Origin: Chiloscyllium plagiosum
Taxonomy: Eukaryota
Length of the DNA: 43,032 nt
Assembly (NCBI RefSeq): GCF_004010195.1
Contig: NC_057718.1
Location: 41,327,208 to 41,370,239, forward strand
Direction of reading: 5' to 3'
The notes below the pieces were generated by a model that saw only the letters and a program-made list of their open reading frames with translations, had not been told where the DNA came from and did not search any database. The first letter of the stretch is position 1, and every line of letters begins with the position of its first letter. The position numbers and the translations under genes are program-made. Below are positions 1 to 12,599 of this stretch, one piece after another.

Positions 1-539
1 TGTGGGCTATGATGAGAGGTTTGGGAGCATCATGGGAGAAGTTGAGTGAAGTTTTGTCAACATTGGGAGTAACAAGTCGCATTTTCCAACTGAGTTATGG
101 ATGTTGAGACAAGATTCTCCAGGATTCTAGTAATGGGAACTATTGCTCATTATCACCCTCATTGTTACTTAGTGTCTTCTGATCAGAATGCAATCTCCAG
201 TTCTACCACCCACTTGGTATAAAGTAGATGCTAAGAATTCTCAACGTGGAAATCATAGTGGATATCTTTCAATCCAGCTTACTGCTTGCTCCTCTGAACC
301 TCTCTCTTAGACATTGGGCACCAACATCCTGAGGCATGCTCCATGAGCAATGCCTGCACTCACCTCACATCCATGGATTGTGGCACTCAACACATTACAG
401 CATCTGTGCACATCGTGGCACATCTCCAATCCACTTACAATGCACTCTGCATTTTAACACCGCAGTTTGGAATTCACTGGCTTTGGAATGTTTCTTCAAG
501 GACACTCCATTCAGAAGGACAGATTGCCAGGTCATGGAT

Positions 540-809
540 TTGCCACCATCAAAGACCCCTCCCACCCTAGTAATGCTCTCTTCCTACCTCTTCCGTCAGG
601 CAGAAGTTACAGAAGCTTGAACACACACACCAACAGCTTCTTCCCTCCTGTTATTAAAGTGCTGAAATGGACTTGTCCAGTTTCAAATAACATTGATAAT
701 GCTAATGTTGATCTTGCTTTGTGCACCTCCTGTGCAGTTGTAACCTTGTATGCCTCACTCTATCTAAGCACCCTATGATCTGTATGCCCTTGTTTGCTAT
801 GATCTGCCT
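540..809 (+). mobile_element. Rex1/Babar-type LINE, 3' end remnant
   Basis: ORF 467..778 contains IKDPSHPSNALFLPLPSGRSYRSLNTHTNSFFPPVIKVL, matching the Rex1 C-terminal motif D-x-x-HP...F..LPSGRRYRS...SFFP. A 3'UTR-like tail follows and is cut by the PLE at 810. Confidence 0.75.
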
Positions 810-2610
810 CAAAAAGTGTGGTGCTGAGAAAGCACAGCTGGTCAGGCAGAATCCGAGGGGCAGGAGCGTCGACTTATCAAGCATGAACTCTTCATTAGGA
901 ATGAGTGGGTGGCACAAGGAGGCTGAAAGATAAATTTGTGTGGGGGGGGGTGGTGTTGGTGGGGCTGGGGAAAGGTAGCTGGGAACGCGATGGGTAGATG
1001 AAGATCGAGATAAAGATGTTAGGTCAGAGAGGAGGGTGTAGCGTACAGGTGGGAAGGAAGATGGACAGGTAAGACAGTTCAAGAAGGTTGTGCTGAGTTG
1101 GAAGGTTGGATCTGGGATAAGATGGGGGGGATGAGAAATGAGGAAACTGGTGAAATCGATATTGGTCTCATGTGGTTTGAGGGTCCCAAGGCGCAAGGTA
1201 AGGTGTTCTTCCTCCAGGCCTCAAGTGGCTAGAATTTGGTGATGGAGGAGGCCCAGGACTCGCATGTCCTTGGTGGATTGGGAGGGACAGTTAAAATGTT
1301 CAGCCATAGGACAGTGGGGTTGCTTAGTGCGTGTGCCCCAGAGATGTTCTCTGAAACATTCTGCAAGTTAGCGTTCTATCTCCCCAGTGTGGAGGGGACC
1401 ACACCGAGAGCAACGGACACAGTAGACAAAGTGTGTGGAAGTACAGGTAATTCTCTGTAGGGTGTGGAAGGATCCTTTGGGGCCTCGGATGGAGGGGAGG
1501 GGGAAGGTATGTGCGCAGGTTTTACACTTCTTGTGGTGGGAGGAGAGGATGTGCAGGGTGGGTTGGTGGGGGCCGTGGACCTAAGAAGGGTGTCGTGGAG
1601 GGAATGGTCTCTGCAGAATGCATATGGGGTGGGGAGGGAAATATATCCCTGGCGGTGGGGTCTGTTCGTAGGTGGTGGAAATGGTGGATGATGATGCGAT
1701 GTATCCAGAGGTTAGTGAGGTGGAAGATAAGGATCAGGCAGGTTCTGTCCTTGTTGTGATTGGAGGGGTGGGGTTCAAGGGAGGAGGTGTGGGAAATAGA
1801 GGAGATGCATTGGAGCATTTCGTTGACCACATGGGAGGGGAAATTGCAATCCTTGAAGAAGAAGGCCATCTGGGATGTTCTATGGTGGAATTGGTCCTCC
1901 TGGGTGCAGATGCAGTGACAGCAGAGGAATTGGAAATAAGAGATAGCGTTTCTACTGGAGGCAGGATGGGAGGAGGTGTAATCCAGGTAGCTGTGTGAGT
2001 TGGTGGGTTTGAAGCAGATGTCGATGTTTAGTCGGTCACCAGAATGGAGATGGAGAGGTCCAGGAAGGGGAGGGAGATGTGCGAGATGGTCCAGGTGAAC
2101 TTAAGGTCAATATGGAAGGTATTAGTGATGTTGATGAACTGTTCAACCTCCCTGTGGGAGCACGAGGTGGCATCGATACAGTCATCGATGTAACAGAGGA
2201 AAAGGGGGGGAATGGTGCCAATATAGCTGAGGAAGGTAGACAGTTCCACATACCAGATGAAGAGGCAGGCATAGATGGGTCCCATGCGGGTGCCCATGGC
2301 TATCCCTTTGGTCTGGAGGAAGTGGGAGGATTTGAATGAGAAATTGTTGAGGGTGATGACTAGTTCAGCCGAGGAAAAGGTGGGGAATGGTGCCGATATA
2401 GCTGCGGAAGGTAGACAGTTCCACATACCAGATGAAGAGGCAGGCATAGATGGGTCCCATGCGGGTGTCCATGGCTATCCCTTTGGTCTGGAGGAAGTGG
2501 GAGGATTTGAATGAGAAATTGTTGAGGGTGATGACTAGTTCAGCCAAAAGAATGGGTGTGTCAGTGGAAGAGTACTGATTGGGTCGGCAGGACACAAAGA
2601 GACAGAGGGT
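810..2610 (-). mobile_element. Penelope-like element (Neptune type), 5'-truncated, decayed RT plus GIY-YIG region and 3' terminal region
   Basis: Minus ORFs give the RT motifs ELVITLNNFSF..QTKGIAMGTRMGP..ACLF, YIDD and LKFTWTIS..LPFLDLSI, the linker HHFHHLRTDPTARDIFP and the C-terminus RLGTLKPHETNIDFTSF. The terminal region at 810-905 holds a degenerate HHR (ctaatga...gataagtc). Confidence 0.9.
2196..2545. repeat. 175-bp tandem duplication inside the PLE RT
   Basis: 2196-2370 and 2371-2545 align with 4 substitutions by eye. Confidence 0.95.
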
Positions 2611-4671
2611 GGTGGTGCATACAAAAACATGATGGACATGCAAGAGGCCAGAATTGGAGAGCCCAGACACCTTGAACATCTGCTGAGCTGGAATAGATTA
2701 CAGAGATAGGGAAAGGCAAGACTATCGAAAATGTGAAGCTAGCTGCTGGATGAAGAAGACCTGCCAGATTTAATATTGAGGGCCTATACTTTGGGCAGCT
2801 TTCATCTATTCCTAGCTGTTCTGGACCTAACCTATTTGGGCCTAATTTTTAACCTTGGATTTTTTTTTTCTCTTTTTCTGATGTTTAAAAAACTGGAATA
2901 TGACATCAGAAAAGAGATAAAGATCCAATTCTTGTAATTTTGAAAATGGCTTCTGCCCCAGATTTATATTTTGTTCTAGTTCTGAAGGTTTTTTTGGTTT
3001 AATTTGGAGAATTGCATTTGTACACTGTGACTTGCCATAGTCATGTGACCTCATGGCTGCTTTTGGTTTAGAGGAAAAGGCCATTAAAGTTTATATATGG
3101 AACAAGTTTATCTCCACCCTTGAGAAGAAAGGGTGGTAGATTCTCAACCTACTGTGAAAAGTAGCAATGCTTCAGAATTTGTTAACAGGAAATATACTTA
3201 TTTCAACACAAGAAAACATGGTTATTTTTAACTTGGGCTGAATTGAAAGATGTCACTGCTTTCAGGTATTACACTCGATAACTTACTTGTGAACTCATGA
3301 AGCTCATGTTCAATTTTAACAGGATGATTTGAGTGGCCATGGCTACTTTTCTCCTTACATTAGCTGTTCCAGTTGCTTCAAAATCAAAACACACTGTGAG
3401 TTTGGACTTTCAAATACTATTGTTAAAAAACGGAGGGGTGAGGTCTGTTGGCGATGAAGTTGTCTGGCTCCATTGGTTTCATGTACCTACAAAAATAAGG
3501 GCTTCCGATACCACTGATCCTCCAGGGATTGACTCCTTTATATAATGACTGCAAGTGCAGCATAGTCTTTCACTGTCTAAGCTAACACTGCTGTACAGTA
3601 TTAATATTAACATTCCACAAACCCATCCAAAAACCCCATGATGCTTTGGTATTGAGGGAAATTCCTAAAACACAACGAGTTCACAGGATTTTGGAATGGT
3701 GAAAACTTGTAATGTCCTGCCGACACTCCTGAAGTACAACCTCTATTCCAGTTAACAAAGAATTTGCTATTGTTGGATACATCAGCTATGTAAGTCCACA
3801 AATCAGCACTGTTTCTTGAAAAACAGAGCCGCAGTGTATCACTACATTTTTCAGCCTTGACATATATACTTCAGAGTTTAAGGCCAAGAATAAAAGTTGT
3901 CTCCAGAGAGTTTAAAGACAAAAATTTAGCAAGCTCCTAAAGTCATTAAACACATTTTAGCATTATGTGCTGTGACAGTCTCGTGGATGATTAAACATGA
4001 AAGGCTAAGATTAATACAACATGCTATTTGCTCTGTGAATTCAAGCTTCCAAAATTATTTGAAGCATTATATGCTGCTCTCATTTCATTTAGCTCAAATA
4101 ATCAATTGAAACTAGATAGTAATTGGAAAGGAGTTATTTCCTTGTTCCAATGTTGCTCTGAAGAGTAAATTTTTACTTGTTAATGCTGATTCAACCTATT
4201 TCAGTTTTAAATTTCAGATTTTAATCCTGCAGTGTTTCAGAAATTGAATTACCAGCAGTTACCCCAATATGGCTAAATCTTGATAAAGGCAGAACTAATT
4301 TATGAAGAAATGTTATAAATGGATCAGGATTTCTAGATAACAAACGAAGTTGGGAATATTGCACCAGAACTTTATGTTTGGATTAGGTATAAATTCTTCC
4401 AATCTCCAGTGTATCTCAGTGCTGAATTGAGGCAAAGTCACTAAAGGATCAGTGATGTTTTTGAAGCTAATCTGCTCTTGTCAATTTGGTTGGGAGAAAG
4501 AAGGAGGACATTAAAAATGCACTTCATTTTAATCAGCCTTTGTGAGCAGTCCTTTATCAATAAATAGGAGTATAAGGAACATTTCCCAGCTACGCCTGGT
4601 TAAGGGAACCTTCCCTGCTGGCAACAGATATTGGGAATTGAAATATGCCAAGCAAAAAGTCAGACATAAAA

Positions 4672-4742
4672 ACGCACACACATACACACAAATATAAACA
4701 CAAACACACACATACATGCACACACTCTCACGCACACACACA
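4672..4742. repeat. Imperfect (CA)n microsatellite
   Basis: acgcacacacatacacaca...cacacaca. Confidence 0.85.
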
Positions 4743-5654
4743 TCCCCTACAGTTGACTCACAGGCCCTTGTTATGGATTTAGATAGGCAGTTAAGATGTA
4801 GGCAATTAAGATGAATGAGGTTGCTTATTCACCAGTTAAAGTGACATTTCTGGAGAGAAAGCTGAGCTTTGCACCCAGAGACTATAGGTTCCTAACTTGT
4901 AAGTGCAAATTGGGGTCCAATTATGCTATTTGATCCCAACAGCAATGTTTATTCTGGCTTCACTGGGTGACCAGCAGGATGGCAAGTGGGAGGGAGAGAT
5001 TACAGTAATCTTTTATCAAATTAAGGGCAGCACAAAGTGGATTGGGAACTAAAGAGAGCTGACTAGTAAGTTTCCTTGCTTTCTCTTTGGATCAAGGGAA
5101 AAAAAGAAACTACATAGAACTTAGCATCCCAGTTACTTGATCATTAAAGTCTTGGCAATTAAAATCTCCACTCATGGTAAATAATGAGACTGGAAGATCA
5201 GTAACTCTTTTTGGTGCACTTTCCTGCTGAACTAGTATTAATTTTTCTTCAAAGCGCTTGAACAATACCGTGAAAATATCTTAACCACTCCAGATCATGG
5301 ACAAACAGATAATAAATCAATAATTGGTTTCAATTTTATTACAGAAACTTGGTTGGATGACGTCAGTTTATGTAGAAAAGCTGATTGCACATTTGTGTAT
5401 AATATTCCTTTGGAATAGCATGTAGGTAATGAATAGAAGCTGAGCAAGTTTGGAATCCTTGTGAATGTGGGAGGAAAGCTGTCTAAGAAAACCTAAGAAC
5501 TGTATTAAGTATGTACTGGAACAGCAACAACTTACTTAAATTCCAAAATGCCTTTAAAGTTATAAAATATTCCAGGTTTGCTTAAAAGAGTAGGCCAATA
5601 GAGATGGAAAAGATTGAATTCCCAATGCTATTGAAGACCTTGGTTGAGGAAACA

Positions 5655-5820
5655 AATAAACAGAAGTAGTCCATTCAGCATCTTGAGTATGCTCTGCTAT
5701 TCTAGATCACAGGTGATCATTTACCTATGGCACCACATTCCTGCACTAACCCTTTATCCCTTGATGTGATTATTAACTAGAAATATATCAATCTTTCTCT
5801 TGAATGTACTTAATGACTAC
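5655..5820 (-). mobile_element. Old CR1 LINE 3' end
   Basis: agaagtagtccattcagcatcttgag... resembles the CR1 tail at 33950 (agaagtaaggccattcagcccatcgag). Confidence 0.6.
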
Positions 5821-6155
5821 ACTTGCATGCAGACACAGGGAGAATGTGCAAAAGGCCCCAAAGATTCATTCCAAGTTTGGCAGAGGTTCACCTGCATTTC
5901 CTTCAACCTGATTTACTGCATTCGTTGTTCCAGAGGTGGTCTCCTCTACATCAGAGAGAGGGAGCACAAACCCAGGCACCAGTACATGGAACATCTATGG
6001 TCCGTACGCTCCTATCAACCCCAAGTCTCGGTTGCCAGTCATTTGAACTTCCCCTCTTACTCCCCAAATGACATGTCCATCCTAGGCTTCCTCCACTGGC
6101 AAGATAAGGCCAAACCCAAATTGGATAAAGAACACCTCATCTTCCACTTCAGGAA

Positions 6156-6657
6156 TATGACAATGCTGCTCCTTTAACAAGGTTCTGTTGTCCTTGGTTT
6201 TTTTTAAGTGGGGTTGTAAAAGGCAGAGATTCTGATTTGTCTGGGATTTGGGATCTTTGCTATTGGCTAACAAATACTGTCCAAGCAACAATCAGGCAAG
6301 AGGCTTTTAGGGTTTTGTTTTTTGAAACAGTTATACAATGAAAGGGGAGCGGCCAGTTCTCTCAGTTCAGGGATTTTTCTAGTTTGGTTTAGTTTTAACT
6401 GGGGACCCAGAGAAGCTGCTTGAATTTACCATTTTGCAGGAAATCAGAATAGCTCTTTGTTAAGTTGCAGGAGATATTGTGTCGGTTAGGTTTTCATGTC
6501 GTTATTCTAAATTCTATTTTCTTTTGTTTGTGTTTCATTCCACGATGTTTAAATAAATTCTATTTTACTTGAAGCCAATTGGTTTGACCAGCTGCATCAC
6601 TCATGGGATATCCACCTTACATATGCCTGAAACAACAAGAAATGTTAGGGTCTGGGT
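6156..6657 (+). mobile_element. Probable LTR-like insertion splitting the PLE
   Basis: About 500 bp unrelated to the PLE, starting tatgac, with T-rich tracts and an aataaa near 6552. No intact 3' CA end or TSD seen. Confidence 0.4.
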
Positions 6658-6880
6658 TGGAAGCCTTCGCCAGCTTCCAAATTTCCCCAGATCCCGCCCT
6701 TCATCTCTGCTTTACTGCCTTTGCCTGACCTAATCTGTACATCTTTCATTCCACCTATCCCTTCCCACTGACCAATCCCAATTACCACCCACCTGCATCC
6801 ACCTATCGCTATCCCACCTATGTTTTCCCAGCCCCATTCCCCTTCCTTTATTTATTTCTCATCCACCTTCCCCCTCCTCA

Positions 6881-6910
6881 GTCCTGATGAAGGGTCCCGT
6901 CCGAAACACA
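6881..6910 (+). ncRNA. Degenerate minimal hammerhead ribozyme
   Basis: CTGATGA-agggtcccgtcc-GAAAC, but the cleavage triplet is mutated (aca). Confidence 0.6.
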
Positions 6911-6999
6911 ACTCTCCTGCTTCTATGATGCTATGTTTTTTCAAGCTCCACATTTTATCAACTCTTATTTTCTCTTTGGCTTCCTATAAAAGCAATTCA

Positions 7000-7388
7000 T
7001 TCACCCTGGTTACTTACCCACATTCAAGGGGGTCAGTCCACCCAGTATTTCCCTCGCATCGTGCTTAGTTTATCTACTGTTTCACACTTACCCTCTTTAA
7101 TTGGAATGTCTTCACTATCCCTCTCCTTTGTGAAGACAGGTCCAAAGTACATATTAAGAACTCTGCTGATTTATTCTGCATCCAGACATAAGTTGTAATT
7201 TACATCTCTCATAGGCATTTAGTTAGCCTCTTGCTCAAAAACATCTTTAGATTTTCTTTAATTTTACCAGCTAATATTTTCATATCCTCTGTTTGCCATT
7301 TCAGAAGTTTGCTTTCTACACTTATCTGAGCTTCCTAAAGTTTTTTTTAAGATTGTCATTAACTCTACTTTTCTGCTATATCTTACCC
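7000..7388 (-). mobile_element. Old CR1 ORF2 fragment
   Basis: tttgtgaagacaggtccaaagtacatattaag resembles ctgtgaagactgatccagagtacttattaag at about 35417 (LNxYFxSVFT region on minus). Confidence 0.5.
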
Positions 7389-7425
7389 TGCTGTGGTTCT
7401 GTTCACCGAGCTGGAAGTTTTTGTT

Positions 7426-7465
7426 GCAAACGTTTCGTCCCCTGTCTAGGTGACATCCTCAGTGC
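7426..7465 (-). ncRNA. Minimal type I hammerhead ribozyme
   Basis: Minus strand reads gca-CTGAGGA-t-gtcacct-agac-aggggac-GAAAC-GTT-tgc. Confidence 0.75.
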
Positions 7466-7967
7466 TTGGGAGCCTCCTGTGAAGCGCTTCTGTGATGTTT
7501 CCTCCGGCATTTATAGTGGTTTGTATCTGCCGCTTCCGGTTGTCGGTTCCAGCTGTCCGCTGCAGTGGCCAGTATATTGGTTCCAGGTCGATGTGTTTGT
7601 TGTTGGAGTTTGTGGATGAGTGCCAAGCTTCTAGGAATTCCCTGGCTGTTCTTTGTTGGCTTGCCCTATAATGGTAGTGTTGTCCCAGTCAAATCCATGT
7701 TGCTAGTAGCCACACACGCAGACGACAAGCAACATGAATTCGACTGGGACAACACTACCATTATAGGGCAAGCCAAACAAAGAACAGCCAGGGAATTCCT
7801 AGAAGCATGGCACGCATCCACAAACTCCAACAACAAACACATAGACCTGGACCCAATATACCGGCCACTACAGCAGACAGCTGAAACTGACAACCGGAAG
7901 CGGCAGGGACAGGCCACTATAAATGCCGGAGGAAACACCACAGAAGCCCTTCACAGGAGGCTCCCAA

Positions 7968-8008
7968 GCACTGAGGATGTCACCTAAGACAGGGGACGAA
8001 ACGTTTGC
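7968..8008 (+). ncRNA. Minimal type I hammerhead ribozyme
   Basis: gca-CTGAGGA-t-gtcacct-aagac-aggggac-GAAAC-GTT-tgc; stem I is gca/tgc. Confidence 0.75.
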
Positions 8009-8157
8009 AACAAAAACTTACAACTCGGCGAACAGAACCACAGCAACAACACATTTATGACCAAAACAAAGTTACTCAAATTATGAAGGAATGAGGAATG
8101 ACGAGAGGATATTGCAAATATATACATTGATATTTTCCTTTGAAAAATACTGAGATA

Positions 8158-8214
8158 CGCACAACACACACGCATACACACGCACGCGCGCACACACACG
8201 CACAAACACACACG
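8158..8214. repeat. (CA/CG)n microsatellite
   Basis: cacacacgcatacacacgcacgcgcgcacacacac. Confidence 0.85.
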
Positions 8215-8281
8215 TATTGTCGATAATAAACTGAAAAGCAAAAGATCTGCAATGTTAACTTGAAAGAACATTGTCCAAATA

Positions 8282-8494
8282 TAGCGGACAGCTGGAACTG
8301 ACAACCGAAAGCGGCAGATACAAATCACTATAAATGCCGGAGGAAACATCACAGAAGCGCTTCACAGGAGGCTCCCAAGCACTGAGGATGTCACCTAGAC
8401 AGGGGATGAAACGTCTGCAACACAAATTCCCAGCTCGGCGAACAGAACAACAACAACGAGCACCCGAGCTAGAAATCTTCTCACAAACTTTGAA
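8282..8494 (+). mobile_element. Third copy of the Poseidon-type PLE terminal region
   Basis: Direct repeat of about 7870-8047 with an extended 3' end (gagcacccgagctagaaatcttctcacaaactttgaa). Confidence 0.9.
8379..8418 (+). ncRNA. Minimal type I hammerhead ribozyme with GUC site
   Basis: gca-CTGAGGA-t-gtcacct-agac-aggggat-GAAAC-GTC-tgc. Confidence 0.8.
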
Positions 8495-8894
8495 ATCCAT
8501 AACTATTGTTTTTCCATAATTTTTGCACTTGGACATCTACCTATGGCTCCTCTGACCCTTTCTTACAATTTGCCTATACTGAAAGTGGGTGGCAAGGCCA
8601 ACTAACAAGCTTGACAAATTTAGTGGGATAGGACAACGAACTCCAAGGGAGAATACAAGTCATTTCTGCTAAGTTTGCATACGTGTAAAACTCCACCATC
8701 AATCTCTGTTTCTATTAGGACAACCTTTTCTCACCAATTTTATGAACCAGAATGATCGTACTCAAAATTAAATGCTGAAAATATATATGTAAATAAATAT
8801 GTATTAAAATATAAAATATAGCAATGGTTTAATATTTACTTTTCAAACTTACTTAAGTTTTACATAACAGTAGCTATTTTAAAAACTTATTTAT

Positions 8895-9035
8895 TGGCTG
8901 AATTAAATAGAGTTTTGATTGACAAATAAGTCATAGCATATATGAGAAAGTAGAGCTGAAGTCAGAGTTGGATTAGCCATGATGTTATCAGATGAGGAGG
9001 AGGATCGAGGGGCCAAATGGCCTACTACTGCTTTC
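8895..9035 (+). mobile_element. CR1 LINE 3' tail
   Basis: ttagccatgat...tcgaggggccaaatggcctactactgct matches the tail at 31070-31130. Confidence 0.7.
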
Positions 9036-11556
9036 TTTTGTACAAGAGAATGATCTGATGACGTAAGATACAGGGTGAATGCAAGTACCTTCCCTTGTTT
9101 GATCTAAATTGTGCAATTGAGGAGGCCCGTTAAGGAACCACTTTGCACTGGTATTTTACCATTATTGGGTGTTTTTCCTTTGCCTCCACCCAACATGTGT
9201 AGAGGCCATCAGACTAACAGTGGTAGACATCTGCACAGCGGGCCAGGGGAGCTGGAGAAACCATGCTTCACTGTGGCCCACTCGGATGAAAAGCCATAAC
9301 TCAGCTTGTGAATAAGTTTATGAGGGGTTTTCCCTTCAATTGGATAGCCCTGCCAAATTCAGGCTACTTTTTAATGTATCACTTCTACATAGGGAGAGAA
9401 CGATGCTTCCATGCTGAGGCAGTGCTCACCTGCCTGCCTTGGCAGTGCCCACCTCTACCAATAGGGCAGCCCTCTGACATTACTGGGCCCTTCTGAAATA
9501 GTAGGATTGGGGCCCACTTACTGTCCAATTATGAGGTTAATCCAGGAATATGTGCTGATATAGACAGACTTGGAATCCATATGAAGGCTGAACCCCCGTA
9601 TCTGGAGGTCCACCAGAACATCTGTCCATTTGTTTTGGCTTTAACAAGATTTCGCGACATTGATATTGGGGATACTGCATGGCATTTTGCCATTTCCATT
9701 ATAAAAATTTCAGTTGATGAAATCAATAATTGATTTTGAGAACTGTGTGAGCTAAAATAACTGCAGCAACTTGAAATACTGCATCTAGCCAACTGGCATA
9801 GTGTCATTAGTCATATTCTGTACTGTAATTGCACATCCATTTGTGTAGAACTTCATATCTCTGCTCTAGTAGGTCAGATTATATTACATGCATGAAGTCC
9901 TGGTCTTTTCTCTGACAAACTAATTATACAGCACTTAATAACAGCACATTGGTGCCACAAACAGCTATGGATTATAGTGCTTGATAGAAAATTCAAGTGG
10001 AAATAATAATAGGCAAGTTTCGACAAACAGTGAAAGAAATGTATGACAGATTGTAGGTGGAATCTCTTTTAATTAAGTTTGTGTTCATTGATTGCAGGTG
10101 TGCAGCGAAGGGAAACTGATATCTATGTAACTTTGAAATGGTGTTATTTCACTTTGAGGCCATTAATCCAGCTGGATATTTGTCTGAAGGTAGATCCAGG
10201 TCTAAAGACCTTAAATATTGGCCTCTCCATGTATGAGAGACCAAGTGTCCCGTCAGTGATAAATCAGCGAATTTGGACAGTGGTGAAGCAAGCTTTTCAG
10301 CCTGCTCCTTCGGCTAGTCAGGATCATAAATACTTCCAATCCAAACAGCATCAAGAAAATGCATTAACTGCCTCAAAATAGATCTTTTAAAAAAATTATG
10401 AAGCGGTAAAGCGATCCTGATAACTAAAACTGATATCTACCATTGTGTGAGAGTGAGCAGGTTTGAAAGGAGATCTGAATTTAAGCAGATTGAATGCTAA
10501 TTGCAGTAGACTATACTTTCTACTCACAAGGTTTACTCTGGAGACCCAGTGTTTCACAATATTGAAGAGTAATTAAATTTCTCTCCTGGAGCTGTAGAAA
10601 TACCAGACAGAAATTGTAATCACATTGATGCACTGGGATAAATAATTCATTGAAAGCTAAGGCTTTTTTGACAACAACTGAAATCAGTGAGGATAAATGG
10701 ATTAAATTCATAATATCATTCTAAAAAAGTATTGAGGATAACATTTTGAATTTTTTTTAATATACTTCCCTTTACTGCTTTGGCAACGCTTAGTCAATAT
10801 TCATCACCTGTCTCCTCCGCACATATACATCTTGAATCAGATGCCTTCTCTCTTTCAAGCATTGACAAAGTGTTCGTAGTTCCCTCAGAATGTCTGGGAC
10901 TTTACTCTGAGAATGTACTGGTCTGGAAAAAGATAAAAGTTGCAGAGCAATAAAAGATCATGCCATGGGGGATTATAGACACTGACTGCTGTAACAATAT
11001 TACATTTAACCAACCATTAAATGCCTGAGCGAAACAAAATACCCCCCATGTGCACTATGTGGATGAAATATTTAAATATGTACGAAACAATGGTTTCTCT
11101 TTTCCAACTTTGGTTTCTGTGCTTGAATATTTGGAAAATGATTTTTTTAAAAATAAGAAATAATGACCTGGATTTTCCTGTAATAGGTACATTGGTGGTA
11201 ACTTTGTAAGGTGGACATGAGTAAGACTATCTTCTGGTGGTGAATTAACAGCAAACCATAAATGTAAAATCATTGGGATATGTGGAGCATAGTAAATCAA
11301 AAATGGCAAAACAAATGGCTAATTCTGAGCAGATTTCCTTCTCTGGTTCATCCAAATTAGACTTTAGCACACAATTTAAAGTTTACAAGGCTTGTAATGA
11401 ATTATATGCCTACACACAGCAGGTTTCAGCACATCAGTCTGTTCCTGTGACCTCAGATGTATGTGTCTGTCTGTTTCCCAACACGCCTATCTCCCAAAAT
11501 CAACTTTAATCTATGATATCAAATCATTTAATATATTGTTCATTGTTTGAACATTA

Positions 11557-11890
11557 CTTTATTCATTCATGGGCATGAATATGTGCATCTCTGGCTGGGC
11601 CACCATTTATTGCCCATCTCTAATTGCCCTTAATCTGAGTGGTTAGAGCTGGAACCATCTCAGATGGCAGTTAAAAGTCAATCATATTGCTGTGGGTCTG
11701 GAGGCGTGTGTAGGCCAGATCAGGTAAGGACAGCAGATTTCCTTCCCTAAGGGACATTAGTGAATCAGATGTGTTTCTATAACAATTGATAGTTGGCATT
11801 GGAGTGGTTTTATTTTCAGACATTTTAATCAAATTCATCTGCCATGGTGGGATTCAAACGCTTGTCCCCAGCGGGTTCTGGACTCACCCA
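11557..11890 (-). mobile_element. tRNA-derived SINE with LINE-derived tail
   Basis: B-box-like gtttgaatccc on minus near 11850-11860. The tail (tttattcatt...catttattgcccatctcta) is shared with 20590-20655. Confidence 0.6.
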
Positions 11891-12599
11891 GAGACTGCCT
11901 TCTTTTGGTTAAAAGTAAGGAACTAAAATTCAATAAGGTCTGCTCGTGGGCTATGAAATCACAATAGATAATTACCCTGCAACCTGCAAATGTGATGCAG
12001 GCAGCATGTAAACTTGGTTCTGTGTGCCCGTATCCATGAATGCAGTTTGCTAAACACCCTGCTGAACTGCTGCAAATTCACCAGAGGATCCTACATCATA
12101 CGGAGCTAGTGTCAGTTAAATCTATCATGTACATCTTAAAGGTGAGGTGCATTTTGGCTGCATCAGCTGGAAAAGGTGCATGCAGAAAGAAGATACTGGA
12201 GCATTGGAACAGAAGGCCAGAGAGTGGCTCTTGCTTTCCCAACTACAGCATTGAAGACCTGAGTGCAGGAGGATGAAAGGTAGAGAGAGGGAATTCTTTG
12301 TAGGAGATCAGGAGACAGTCCAGACATCCACTGTGAAGGTAATGGGAGGACAGTGTCACAAAGACCAATGCCGGGAATCAAGCCTGAGAACTTTGATACT
12401 GAACTAGAAGTTCAATGATTTCACATGAGTTGTAGAGGTCAGTGCTATAGGCAACAACTGCTCTGCCAACCTTATATATTTTTCAATATTCCTTGTTCCC
12501 ATCCCTCAATTATCAACAATATACACAGGAATCAGGACTGATGCCTTAGATTCATGTGCTTCAACTTATCCTCACACATATATCTCGATTGCTCAGAGG

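Larger units (their letters stand above)
5850..6990 (+). mobile_element. Neptune-type PLE 3' fragment (GIY-YIG endonuclease plus terminal region), interrupted at about 6156-6657
   Basis: ORF 5800..6177 GPKDSFQVWQRFTCISFNLIYCIRCSRGGLLYIRE...EHLIF is homologous to 42526-42979. The pyrimidine-rich 3' region resumes near 6660 and ends with the HHR motif. Confidence 0.85.
7389..8047. mobile_element. Penelope/Poseidon-type PLE in inverted (palindromic) arrangement
   Basis: Arms 7389-7704 and 7728-8047 are near reverse complements with a 23-bp spacer. The right arm encodes a GIY-YIG C-terminus HADDKQHEFDWDNTTIIGQAKQRTAREFLEAWH. Confidence 0.9.

Noticed and set aside
2990..3320. LTR-like segment
   Set aside because: I could not define TG/CA termini or a TSD.
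3323..3801. Possible exons or short ORFs (3333..3545, 3607..3801)
   Set aside because: No recognisable protein and only unremarkable splice-like signals.
10079..10381. 100-aa ORF near an acceptor-like site
   Set aside because: No recognisable domain and a weak donor; consistent with chance.
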